The notes under the pieces are model-generated. The model saw only the letters and a program-made list of their open reading frames with translations, did not search any database and was not told the origin of the DNA. Positions 55,055 through 63,537 of a stretch of 64,000 nucleotides of DNA are shown here, piece after piece; within the stretch, counting starts at the first letter, position 1; each line of letters opens with the position of its first letter. A program made the position numbers and the translations under genes. This DNA comes from an uncultured Bacteriovoracaceae bacterium (GTDB lineage: Bacteria; Bdellovibrionota; Bacteriovoracia; Bacteriovoracales; Bacteriovoracaceae): assembly GCA_937952395.1 (NCBI GenBank), contig CALFYV010000090.1, positions 97,408 through 161,407 on the forward strand, in the 5' to 3' direction.

Positions 55055-55403
55055 GGGGTCGTTAGGTTTCGATTCGCAATGAGGTTGAATGTGTGGCATG
55101 CAGTGGTTGATCGAACGGCCACTTTAAAAATCGATCAAGCCTTAACCGGCAATACTTACGCTCAGGCTGCTTAATCAGCCAAGGGTTTTGGGAAGCTAAG
55201 TTAGCTGCGTCCTTAAATCCTAACGAAATGCTAACTGGCTTTAACCCTTGCAGATACAGGTTGAAGTGAGATAAAATGATTCTGCTGGCTCTAAATAACT
55301 TTTGCTATTTGCAGTTTTTAGAGTAAGATTTAGCAAAAAGATAAGCATGTAGAGGCCGCTCGACTAGTTGTAGAAGATGGGGGTTCGATTCCCCCCGACT
55401 CCA
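55055..55403 (+). ncRNA. ssrA: tmRNA (one-piece), CCA not encoded
   Basis: - The 5' GGGGTCG pairs with the 3' CGACTCC, including the G3:U wobble, and is followed by discriminator A.
- T-arm is GGGGG-TTCGATT-CCCCC.
- The conserved TAAGCATGTAG block is present.
- The 5' GGTTTCGATTCGC resembles E. coli GGAUUCGACGGG.
- The tag frame ends ...GGC AAT ACT TAC GCT CAG GCT GCT TAA (GNTYAQAA) at 55174. Confidence 0.88.
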
Positions 55404-55406
55404 CTT

Positions 55407-55459
55407 AACTCATTTACTTCCGTAAATGAGTTCCGTCACCGGCCCTTCGGGGCTCGGTG
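55407..55459 (+). other. Two stable hairpins immediately 3' of the tmRNA
   Basis: AACTCATTTA / TAAATGAGTT (10 bp) and CACCGGCCC-TTCG-GGGCT(C)GGTG (UUCG tetraloop). Confidence 0.6.
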
Positions 55460-55510
55460 TCGTTGTTATAGTTTCCTATGGACCTGACCGGCAATCCGGC
55501 CACGCCCAAA

Positions 55511-55547
55511 ATACCCTGTGGCTTAAATGTCATAGGGTATTTTTTTT
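55511..55547 (+). terminator. Rho-independent terminator
   Basis: ATACCCT...AGGGTAT stem followed by T7. Confidence 0.65.
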
Positions 55548-55587
55548 GACAATTGATTTATTTCAAAAATTGGGTATAATCATTGAT

Positions 55588-56418
55588 ATGAGTAGAGATA
55601 TTTTTAGGTCATATTATCGAGATGTAATTAAACCGCTTGAATCAAGCAATCCTGAAATCATTGGCTATACAGGCAAACACCCTATACTTTATAAAAAAAT
55701 AGGGAATGGTCCTCATCATGTTTTGATTTCAGGAGGCGTACACGGCGAAGAAATTGCAGGATGTGCTGCTGCGGTTGATATAATTGAAAATTTATTCACG
55801 GTTCCAGGGGGCCATTTTACTATTCATGTATATCCATGTATGAATCCGTACGGATATGAATATAATATACGTGAGAATGCTGAAGGTATTGATTTGAATC
55901 GAGGGTTCAAGGAAACACTTAAAGGCCGTGAAGTTGAAATTTTTGCTGAACATGTTAAAAAATTAAATTACAAATATATTTTTACCATGGATTTTCATGA
56001 AGGTTCTCCCAATACTATATGGAAAGTATTAGATAACAATAAAAAAATTAAATGTTCTTATTCTTTAGAAGACAATCCTCATGGTGCGTGGCTTTATGAA
56101 TCTTGTAAGGTTTTGTCTCATCGCATGGGCGATAAAATGTTGCAAGCATTGCGAAACGAAGGTCTAGAAGTAACTTCTAAAGATATTGTTTATGATGATA
56201 TTTGTGATAATGGTTGGATCAAATATCCCGAAGCAATGAAAAGTGAAGAATATGCTGAGGGGAATTCTTTTGATGCATGGCTTTGGGCTCATTATACTTC
56301 TCAAGCGTTTACATCCGAAACGGATATGTCTTGGCCGCTCGAAGATAGAATTAAAGCACATCATTTGATGCTTATGGCTGCGCTCGAAGCCACAAGAACA
56401 AGGTTGGATAATGTCTAA
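55588..56418 (+). CDS. Zinc carboxypeptidase-like (M14 / AstE-AspA family) protein
   Basis: GGVHGEEIAG (HxxE zinc motif). Start moved to 55588 because the track's upstream 54 codons read through the hairpins. TTGATT, 16-nt spacer, TATAAT lies at 55553-55580, just upstream (possibly leaderless). Confidence 0.6.
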   Translation: MSRDIFRSYYRDVIKPLESSNPEIIGYTGKHPILYKKIGNGPHHVLISGGVHGEEIAGCAAAVDIIENLFTVPGGHFTIHVYPCMNPYGYEYNIRENAEGIDLNRGFKETLKGREVEIFAEHVKKLNYKYIFTMDFHEGSPNTIWKVLDNNKKIKCSYSLEDNPHGAWLYESCKVLSHRMGDKMLQALRNEGLEVTSKDIVYDDICDNGWIKYPEAMKSEEYAEGNSFDAWLWAHYTSQAFTSETDMSWPLEDRIKAHHLMLMAALEATRTRLDNV

Positions 56419-58330
56419 ATATAATGCTTCTCAAATTTCTGTTCTCAAGGGATTAGAGGCAGTTCGCAAAAATCCAGGTATGTATATTGGGAGCCTTTCT
56501 TCTCAAGGGCTTCACCATTTGCTATGGGAAATATTAGATAATTCCTGTGATGAGGCTATGGGAGGCTTCTGTACAGAGGTTTCAATTATAGTAGATAAAG
56601 ATGGTGAAACCATCACAGTAGAGGATAACGGGCGAGGCATCCCAGTTGATACCCACCCAATAGAAAAACGATCTGCTTTAGAAGTGGTTATGACCACACT
56701 CCATGCAGGCGGGAAATTTGAAGAAGCAGGTGGTTCTTATACATCATCGGGTGGTTTACATGGTGTTGGTGCCTCCTGTGTTAATGCTCTTTCCGATCAA
56801 ATGTATGTAGAAGTTTGTCGTGATGGCGTTGTATGGAAACAAACATACTCCGCTGGCAGAACCACAAGTAAAGTTAAAAAAGTTGGTAAATGTCGCAAAA
56901 CAAAAACAGGAACTAAAAGTTCTTGGCATCCTGATAAAAATATATTCAAAAATGTTAAAGTCGATGATAACTTGATTGTTCGTCGCATTAGAGAAATGGC
57001 ATTTTTGAATCGTGGATTAAAAATAAACTATAAAAATATTGCCACAAAATTCGAAGAGTCTTTTTGTTTTGATGGCGGAATCTCAGATTATGTTAAGTAT
57101 CTTTGTGATGGGAAAGATGAAGTTTACCCATCACAGCCTTTATTTGGTGAAGGCAAATCTTCTTTGACTTCTCGTCCTGGAGACTGTGAGGTGCAAATTG
57201 CACTTGCCTATTCGGGAGAGGACGATGAAACTATTTTATCTTTTTGTAACAACATCAACACCGGGGATGGTGGCACGCACGTTACGGGATTTAAAAATGC
57301 CTACACGAGAGTCATTAATGTATTGGCTCGTCAACATGGGTTGTTGAAAGAAAGTGCCAACAATTTAAGCGGGGATGATGTTCGTGAAGGTTTAATGGCT
57401 GTAGTATCTGTCAGGTTTGCTCGTCCTGAATTTATTTCACAAACTAAATCAAAATTAGGAACTACTGAGATAGAATCAGTGGTTAGCACAATAGCCAGTC
57501 AATTGTTGTCTGGTTATTTTGATAAAAACTCTGGTGTTTTGAAAAAGATTGTTAATCGTGCTTTGGTTGCACAACAAGCAAGGGCTGCTGCAAAGAAGCA
57601 ATCAGACTTGGTAAAAAAGAAAGGGTTCCTCGGCAAAAATAATCGAATGCCCGGAAAACTTTACGATTGCGATTCAGAGAAGCGAGATTTACGAGAGCTA
57701 TTTATTGTGGAAGGTGATTCGGCGGGTGGCTCAGGAAAGGATGGTCGTGATCCCGAAACTCAGGCAATTCTTCCAATTCGTGGTAAAATCATCAATGCTG
57801 AAAAGAATGACATATCAACCCTGTTGAAAAACAAAGAAGTTCAATCTTTAATTATTGCAATTGGCACTGGTATTAAAGATGACTTTGATTTTAAGAAATT
57901 AAGATATAACAAAGTCATAGTTATGTGTGATGCCGATGAGGATGGCAACCATATTGCCACTTTGTTGTTGACTTTCTTCTATCGCTACATGCGACCGCTC
58001 GTTGCAGATGGATATATTTATCTGGCACAGCCGCCATTGTTTTGTGTTGACAACGGAAAGAGAAAAGTATATTGTTGGTCTGAAGCTGAGATGCAATCTC
58101 AGGTCAAAAAACTTGGTAAATGTAAAGTTGTCAGGTTTAAAGGGCTAGGTGAAATGGATGCAGAACAATTGGCTGAAACTACAATGCATCCCAATGGTCG
58201 CCGTTTAATTAGATTGCAAATAGACGATCAAGGTGAAACAGAGCATATGGTGTCTGTGCTGATGGGTAGCAATGCACAGTTAAGGAAGGAACATATTGTG
58301 AACCAAGTAAACAGTGTGGTAAAAAAATGA
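56411..58330 (+). CDS. Type IIA topoisomerase ATPase/Toprim subunit (GyrB/ParE-like)
   Basis: LEAVRKNPGMYIGS, GHKL ATPase motifs, EGDSAGG, PIRGKIIN, DADEDGNHI. Confidence 0.9.
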   Translation: MSKYNASQISVLKGLEAVRKNPGMYIGSLSSQGLHHLLWEILDNSCDEAMGGFCTEVSIIVDKDGETITVEDNGRGIPVDTHPIEKRSALEVVMTTLHAGGKFEEAGGSYTSSGGLHGVGASCVNALSDQMYVEVCRDGVVWKQTYSAGRTTSKVKKVGKCRKTKTGTKSSWHPDKNIFKNVKVDDNLIVRRIREMAFLNRGLKINYKNIATKFEESFCFDGGISDYVKYLCDGKDEVYPSQPLFGEGKSSLTSRPGDCEVQIALAYSGEDDETILSFCNNINTGDGGTHVTGFKNAYTRVINVLARQHGLLKESANNLSGDDVREGLMAVVSVRFARPEFISQTKSKLGTTEIESVVSTIASQLLSGYFDKNSGVLKKIVNRALVAQQARAAAKKQSDLVKKKGFLGKNNRMPGKLYDCDSEKRDLRELFIVEGDSAGGSGKDGRDPETQAILPIRGKIINAEKNDISTLLKNKEVQSLIIAIGTGIKDDFDFKKLRYNKVIVMCDADEDGNHIATLLLTFFYRYMRPLVADGYIYLAQPPLFCVDNGKRKVYCWSEAEMQSQVKKLGKCKVVRFKGLGEMDAEQLAETTMHPNGRRLIRLQIDDQGETEHMVSVLMGSNAQLRKEHIVNQVNSVVKK

Positions 58331-58641
58331 AAATAAAAGCAGAATTAGAATCAAATGATCTAAAAGATATTAGAGAAGTGTTAACAACATGGATGGGCAT
58401 ATCCCCTTCAGATGAACAAATTCGTGACTTAATGAAATATGAAAATGATATTCTTATCGATATTGCTAATTGGGGAGCAAATGATACCCCAACTAGAGAA
58501 AAAATAATGAAAGCCGTTGGAGAACGAATCACTAAAATGCGATATCCACGCCATAAAGATTCTCAGAAATATATGGATGAATTTTGGGACATTTTTAATC
58601 AAAAAGCTGTTGCCTCTGGGATAAAGGTGGTTGTATCATGA
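58327..58641 (+). CDS. Hypothetical protein
   Basis: 104-aa coupled ORF between the topoisomerase subunits. Confidence 0.5.
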   Translation: MKIKAELESNDLKDIREVLTTWMGISPSDEQIRDLMKYENDILIDIANWGANDTPTREKIMKAVGERITKMRYPRHKDSQKYMDEFWDIFNQKAVASGIKVVVS

Positions 58642-58826
58642 TTAGGAAAAATGAAATTTATGTTGATGAGTGGGATGGAAACCTTCAAATTAGTCTAAGT
58701 GATCTTGAGAAATTAATTCCAGAGTTGAAGAACAAGTATGGAGCTAAATCATTGCTTAGCTTCGATGCGGGCTACAACAATGTATCTGTAGTAATTGTGC
58801 CATCTAAGAAAAAGATTAAAAAATGA
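58638..58826 (+). CDS. Hypothetical protein
   Basis: 62-aa coupled ORF. Confidence 0.45.
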   Translation: MIRKNEIYVDEWDGNLQISLSDLEKLIPELKNKYGAKSLLSFDAGYNNVSVVIVPSKKKIKK

Positions 58827-59047
58827 AAGATGCATTCGATAATCCATTAAGCATAAAAGATACTGTTGTTTTCATCTATAAAAATAGATTTGTTATGGGT
58901 GAGATTGTCTCGTTTATTCCGGGAGTTGTCATCAATAAAAATAAACAATCTCTAGATCAAGTTGTAGTAGAGGTTGTTCAAAAATTAAAAAATAGTTACC
59001 CACCGGATCGCATAACACTCCAAACTTCTGCTGTTATAAAAAGATGA
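58823..59047 (+). CDS. Hypothetical protein
   Basis: 74-aa coupled ORF. Confidence 0.45.
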   Translation: MKDAFDNPLSIKDTVVFIYKNRFVMGEIVSFIPGVVINKNKQSLDQVVVEVVQKLKNSYPPDRITLQTSAVIKR

Positions 59048-61410
59048 ATAAAGAAAAATTTCTTTCTGAAGAAGAATTTTCTTCTGTATTAGATTCTAGA
59101 TTTACTCGATATGCTTTTATGTCGCTGGAAGATCGTGCCCTTCCAGATGCCCGAGATGGTTTAAAACCATCACAAAGACGGGTGTTGGTGGCAATGAATG
59201 ATCTTCATTTATCCTCTACCAGTGTTACAGAGAAGTCTGCCAAGATTTGTGGCGATACATCGGGCAACTATCATCCACACGGCGAAGCCGTAGTTTATCC
59301 TACGATGTATCGACTGGCGCAGCCTTGGGTAATGAGATATCCATTACTCATAGGACAGGGTAACTTTGGAAATGTAGATGGCGATCCACCGGCTGCGATG
59401 CGATACACTGAAGCAAAGCTTTCACAAATGGGTGAAGCAATGCTTCGTGATTTGTCTGAAGATGTTGTTGCTTATGAATCAAATTATAATGAAAAAAGAA
59501 AAGAACCGACAATACTTCCGGCTTTCTTTCCAAATTTATTGGCCAATGGTTGCGAAGGCATTGCTGTTGGCTGGGCAACTAAAATGTTGCCTCACAACAT
59601 AAAAGAACTCGCAGCAATAGTAAAGAAATATATTTCCAACCCCAACACCAGAATATCAAGCTATTTGAAATTAATGCCAGGTCCGGATTTTCCTACTGGC
59701 GGGAAAATCTTAGGTCAACAAGGTGTGTTGGATTACTATACTAGTGGCCGAGGAACCATTAAGGTAGAAGGCACATATGCAATTGATAAAAAATCAATTG
59801 TAGTAACAGAACTGCCTTATCAATCTAGTCCTGATCAACTTTGCAATGAAATTAAAAATTTAGTTGAATCAGGTAAAATTGATGGTATTGTCGATTTAAA
59901 AAACCTGTCTTCCAAAAAAACAGGTATAAATGTTGTAATTCAAACTGGTAAAGGCAGTAATGTTCCTTTAATTTTGAATGGTTTGCTTAAACATACGTGT
60001 TTGAGAAAATCGATATCAGTTAATCAAACAGTTTTAATTGACGGAAAAGTTGTTCCTGAAGCTTCGCTCCCCCAGCTAATTAAAGCTTTTGTAGATCATC
60101 GTAAAGAGGTATTAGTAAACAAATATCAAGCTGAACTAAAATGTTCATTAGCTCGTGTTCACATCTTGGAAGGTTTGATTGGCATCGTTGATAAAATTGA
60201 TGCTGTAATTGAGTTGATTAGAAACAGCGATGATCCTGAGGATGCTGAGAAGAAGTTAATTTTTCGAAAGTTTGTAAAAACCTTAGAGCAAGCTAAAGCT
60301 GTGTTGTCTATTACTTTAAGACAATTAACCAAACTCGAAGGTAAAAAATTATTGGAAGAGCGTGATAAACTTAAAAAAAGAATCAAGTGGCTCAAGAAAG
60401 TAGTGGCCGACGAAAAGGAGATTCTCGCATTGATTGTACAAGAACAAAATGAAATTATCAAAGATTTTGGCGATGATCGTAAAACAGAAATGGTCGAAGA
60501 TGTAGAAGAGATTTCAGAGGAAGATTTAATCAAGGATGAAAATCTAACCATTACGCTGACTGGAAATGGTTATATTAAAGCCTTTCCTGCGGGCAAAACT
60601 CCCTCTCTAGAAGATGCATTTGTTGTTTTGAATACTAAAAGTAAAGATAGTGTTTTGTTTTTAACAAATACAGGTTTTGTATATCAAAGAATGGCTTATT
60701 TAATTCCTCAAGATTCAAGGATGAAAAAAGGCTTACATGTCAGCAGCTTGCTGGATTTGAAGGTAGATGAAAAAGTCGTTAGCATGTTCCTTTTAGAGGA
60801 AAAAAGCTTTGTATTAATTGTAACCAAAAATGGGGTTATCAAAAGAAGTGAATCACAAACATATGAAACTACTCGCACCAACGGTATAGGTGGAATTAAT
60901 TTGAATAAAGGTGATGAAGTAGTTTTTGCTGGAATAACTGATGGAAAGAAAGACATTTTCATTGTAACAAAACACGGCTATCTTGTTAGATATTCAGAAG
61001 AAATAGTTCCCGTTCAAGGCAGATTAACCAAAGGTAGTCGAGCATTAAAAATGGATTATGAAGATGATGTAGCAGCAGTTTTTACTCTTGACCCAAAAGA
61101 TATATCTGATATCCTAGTAATTACTGAGAATGGATTTGGCAAACGTAATAGTAATAAAGATTACAAATGTTCTAATAATCGCCAAATTAGAGGCTCTTCT
61201 ATAGTTAGCAAAACATCCTTGAGAAAAACTGGTGATGTTGTTGGGGCTTGTTTAATTGATAAAAATGATATTTTGATTCTTACTGATATTGGTATATTTA
61301 GGATCGGTCCAAGTAGCATTAGGCAGACAACTAGAAATGCTAACGGGCGACTTTTGGTTAAATTGGAATCTGGGCAAGTAGTCACAAAAATAGCACAAGC
61401 ATATGGTTAA
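59044..61410 (+). CDS. Type IIA topoisomerase breakage-reunion subunit (GyrA/ParC-like)
   Basis: DGLKPSQRRVL, HPHGEAVVY, AAMRYTEAKL (catalytic Tyr). C-terminal repeated beta-pinwheel-like segments. Confidence 0.9.
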   Translation: MNKEKFLSEEEFSSVLDSRFTRYAFMSLEDRALPDARDGLKPSQRRVLVAMNDLHLSSTSVTEKSAKICGDTSGNYHPHGEAVVYPTMYRLAQPWVMRYPLLIGQGNFGNVDGDPPAAMRYTEAKLSQMGEAMLRDLSEDVVAYESNYNEKRKEPTILPAFFPNLLANGCEGIAVGWATKMLPHNIKELAAIVKKYISNPNTRISSYLKLMPGPDFPTGGKILGQQGVLDYYTSGRGTIKVEGTYAIDKKSIVVTELPYQSSPDQLCNEIKNLVESGKIDGIVDLKNLSSKKTGINVVIQTGKGSNVPLILNGLLKHTCLRKSISVNQTVLIDGKVVPEASLPQLIKAFVDHRKEVLVNKYQAELKCSLARVHILEGLIGIVDKIDAVIELIRNSDDPEDAEKKLIFRKFVKTLEQAKAVLSITLRQLTKLEGKKLLEERDKLKKRIKWLKKVVADEKEILALIVQEQNEIIKDFGDDRKTEMVEDVEEISEEDLIKDENLTITLTGNGYIKAFPAGKTPSLEDAFVVLNTKSKDSVLFLTNTGFVYQRMAYLIPQDSRMKKGLHVSSLLDLKVDEKVVSMFLLEEKSFVLIVTKNGVIKRSESQTYETTRTNGIGGINLNKGDEVVFAGITDGKKDIFIVTKHGYLVRYSEEIVPVQGRLTKGSRALKMDYEDDVAAVFTLDPKDISDILVITENGFGKRNSNKDYKCSNNRQIRGSSIVSKTSLRKTGDVVGACLIDKNDILILTDIGIFRIGPSSIRQTTRNANGRLLVKLESGQVVTKIAQAYG

Positions 61411-62386
61411 TCTTGACGATTTAGAATTAAATGATATTTTGAGCCGCTCGGGTCGGCCTGCTGTTCACGTTCGCCGGCGTCGAAATGATCAAGGAGAAGT
61501 TTTGAGTAACGAGTCATCATCTCACTATCAATGGACATCTTCTGACGGGGATAAATTTTTTCCTGCTGGTCGTCCATATAACACATTGCCACCCGGTTTA
61601 TGGGAGCCTAAATATTGCCATAGTCGAGGTTATTTTTGCGAGAAACTTAAATGTAATACAAATGATCTCTTAGAGTTTCCTGAAACACATTGTGAACGTG
61701 TTGTTAAAGAAATTAGAAAATTTTGGGATCGTGAAGAACGTTTTCGTAAAAACAATCTTGTGTATAAACGTGGAATCATATTATGGGGTCCACCTGGCTC
61801 TGGTAAAAGCAGCACGATAAAACTTGTATTAAAGGATGTGTTTGAAAGAAATGGAGTTGCAATGAAGTTCGATCAACCTCCAATGTTTTTAGAGGTTGTT
61901 AGAATTTTCAGAAAAATAGAACCCAATACTCCTCTTGTTGTTTTGATGGAAGACATTGATGCAATTATTGAGGAATGGGGTGAAACAGATGTTCTTAATA
62001 TTTTAGATGGTGTCGAAGTATTAGACAAAGTTGTATATTTAGCAACAACCAATTATCCAGAAAAACTTGGCGAGAGAATCATTAATCGTCCAAGTCGATT
62101 TGATCGTAGATTCAAAATGCCACATCCTGGCAGGAAATCTCGTCGCCTTTATTTTGAACACTTGTTAAAAACAAATGAATATCAAATTGATATAGACAAG
62201 TGGGTAAAAGACACCGAGGGAATGTCAATTTCCCATCTTAAAGAGTTATTTATTGCTGTTTGTATTTTAGAAGATGATTATAAAAGCGTAATTAAAACAT
62301 TGCAAACAATGGTAGAAGAGACTGTTTCTTCTAATGAAGATGGCAATAATCTCGGTTTCGCCCAATTTAAAAACGAGGAAGATTGA
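61403..62386 (+). CDS. AAA+ ATPase
   Basis: Walker A GPPGSGKSS, Walker B VVLMEDID, TTNYPEKL, sensor/Arg-finger RPSRFDRR. Confidence 0.8.
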   Translation: MVNLDDLELNDILSRSGRPAVHVRRRRNDQGEVLSNESSSHYQWTSSDGDKFFPAGRPYNTLPPGLWEPKYCHSRGYFCEKLKCNTNDLLEFPETHCERVVKEIRKFWDREERFRKNNLVYKRGIILWGPPGSGKSSTIKLVLKDVFERNGVAMKFDQPPMFLEVVRIFRKIEPNTPLVVLMEDIDAIIEEWGETDVLNILDGVEVLDKVVYLATTNYPEKLGERIINRPSRFDRRFKMPHPGRKSRRLYFEHLLKTNEYQIDIDKWVKDTEGMSISHLKELFIAVCILEDDYKSVIKTLQTMVEETVSSNEDGNNLGFAQFKNEED

Positions 62387-62604
62387 TGAAAAGATTCTTT
62401 TATCACTACAATCGCCCGGCCTCTCAACAAAGGGGCAAACCAACTATTTCGGTGCATTATGATAATAAATGTCATTTGGTAGATGGGGTAGAGGTTAAAG
62501 TTCCAACAATTAGTCGGATCAATCCTAAGCGTTCTCCTAAATTTGTTATGATAGGAAAATGTAAAGATTTTAAAATTAAAAAAGGTGTTGCAATTATATC
62601 ATGA
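62383..62604 (+). CDS. Hypothetical protein
   Basis: 73-aa coupled ORF. Confidence 0.45.
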   Translation: MMKRFFYHYNRPASQQRGKPTISVHYDNKCHLVDGVEVKVPTISRINPKRSPKFVMIGKCKDFKIKKGVAIIS

Positions 62605-62828
62605 CTGTTGGCGAATTAATTCAAGCATTGAAACAACATGACAAAGATTTACAGGTGACTATGCCATCTGATGATGGATTTGATTTATATGAAGATATAA
62701 ATGGTGCTTATCCAATTGAATTGGATAGAAATTTCTCATATCAACTTCATAGTAAATCACAAGACAGAACGAGGAGAAGCGGTTGCACAGGACCAGGAAC
62801 TAAATGTGTGGTATTAAGAACTTGGTAA
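62601..62828 (+). CDS. Hypothetical protein
   Basis: 75-aa coupled ORF. Confidence 0.45.
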   Translation: MTVGELIQALKQHDKDLQVTMPSDDGFDLYEDINGAYPIELDRNFSYQLHSKSQDRTRRSGCTGPGTKCVVLRTW

Positions 62829-62843
62829 AATAAGAAGGATATT

Positions 62844-63326
62844 ATGCTTAAACGAATTATTTCTGGCGCTCAAAGCGGGGCAGGTTTAGCGGGATTAAAA
62901 GTTGCTAAAGATTTCGGTTTAGAGACGGGCGGTTCAATTCCTAAGGGGTGGATTACTACTGACGGACCACATCCAGAATACGCTGAATTATATAATATTG
63001 TTGAACACTATAGTCCAAAATATCCTCCACGAACGTTCAAAAATGTTCGTGATTCTGATGGCACTATTCGGCTGGCTTTTAATTTCAACTCTCCAGGTGA
63101 GATATGTACTTTGAAGGCTTTGGATCAATATTTGAAGCCTTATATGGATGTTGATTTGAATAACCCCGGTCCTGCCCAGGAAGTTGCAGATTGGATTGTT
63201 GACAACAGTATAGAAACACTCAATATTGCAGGTAATTCAGAAAAAACCTATAAAGGGACGGAAGAAGCTGTTTATAATTATTTAAAAGAGGTTTTATCTT
63301 TATTGGATTTTAAAGAAAATGATTGA
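62844..63326 (+). CDS. YpsA / SLOG-superfamily (molybdenum-carrier-like) protein
   Basis: IISGAQSGAGLAGLKVAKDFGLETGGSIPKGW matches the IxSGGQTGxD...GGWxPKG pattern, with the Asp replaced. Confidence 0.55.
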   Translation: MLKRIISGAQSGAGLAGLKVAKDFGLETGGSIPKGWITTDGPHPEYAELYNIVEHYSPKYPPRTFKNVRDSDGTIRLAFNFNSPGEICTLKALDQYLKPYMDVDLNNPGPAQEVADWIVDNSIETLNIAGNSEKTYKGTEEAVYNYLKEVLSLLDFKEND

Positions 63327-63504
63327 TTTAATTGTTGATTTTGATGAAAAATTTGGCTTTACTTTGCGGCGAAGCAATCAGGAAGATATTAGCAGTTTTA
63401 GTAAAGATGGATTTCAATTTGCTTTGAAATGTGCCAAGAAAATTGTTCGTCATTCTGGTTATGATAAAATTGTCATTACTAAAGAAGCAGCAAAAATGAT
63501 CTAG
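63319..63504 (+). CDS. Hypothetical protein
   Basis: 61-aa ORF. Confidence 0.45.
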   Translation: MIDLIVDFDEKFGFTLRRSNQEDISSFSKDGFQFALKCAKKIVRHSGYDKIVITKEAAKMI

Positions 63505-63537
63505 TTAATTTCCGATATATCAGTTAGTATATTTTTA

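Noticed and set aside
54860-55174. A 104-aa + strand ORF ending …LTGNTYAQAA.
   Set aside because: It spans the promoter, the leader and the 5' half of the tmRNA. Only its last codons are meaningful, as the tmRNA tag reading frame.
55426-55587. The long N-terminal extension of the peptidase ORF (track start 55426).
   Set aside because: The extension translates the hairpins and terminator downstream of the tmRNA. The conserved peptidase sequence begins at the ATG at 55588.
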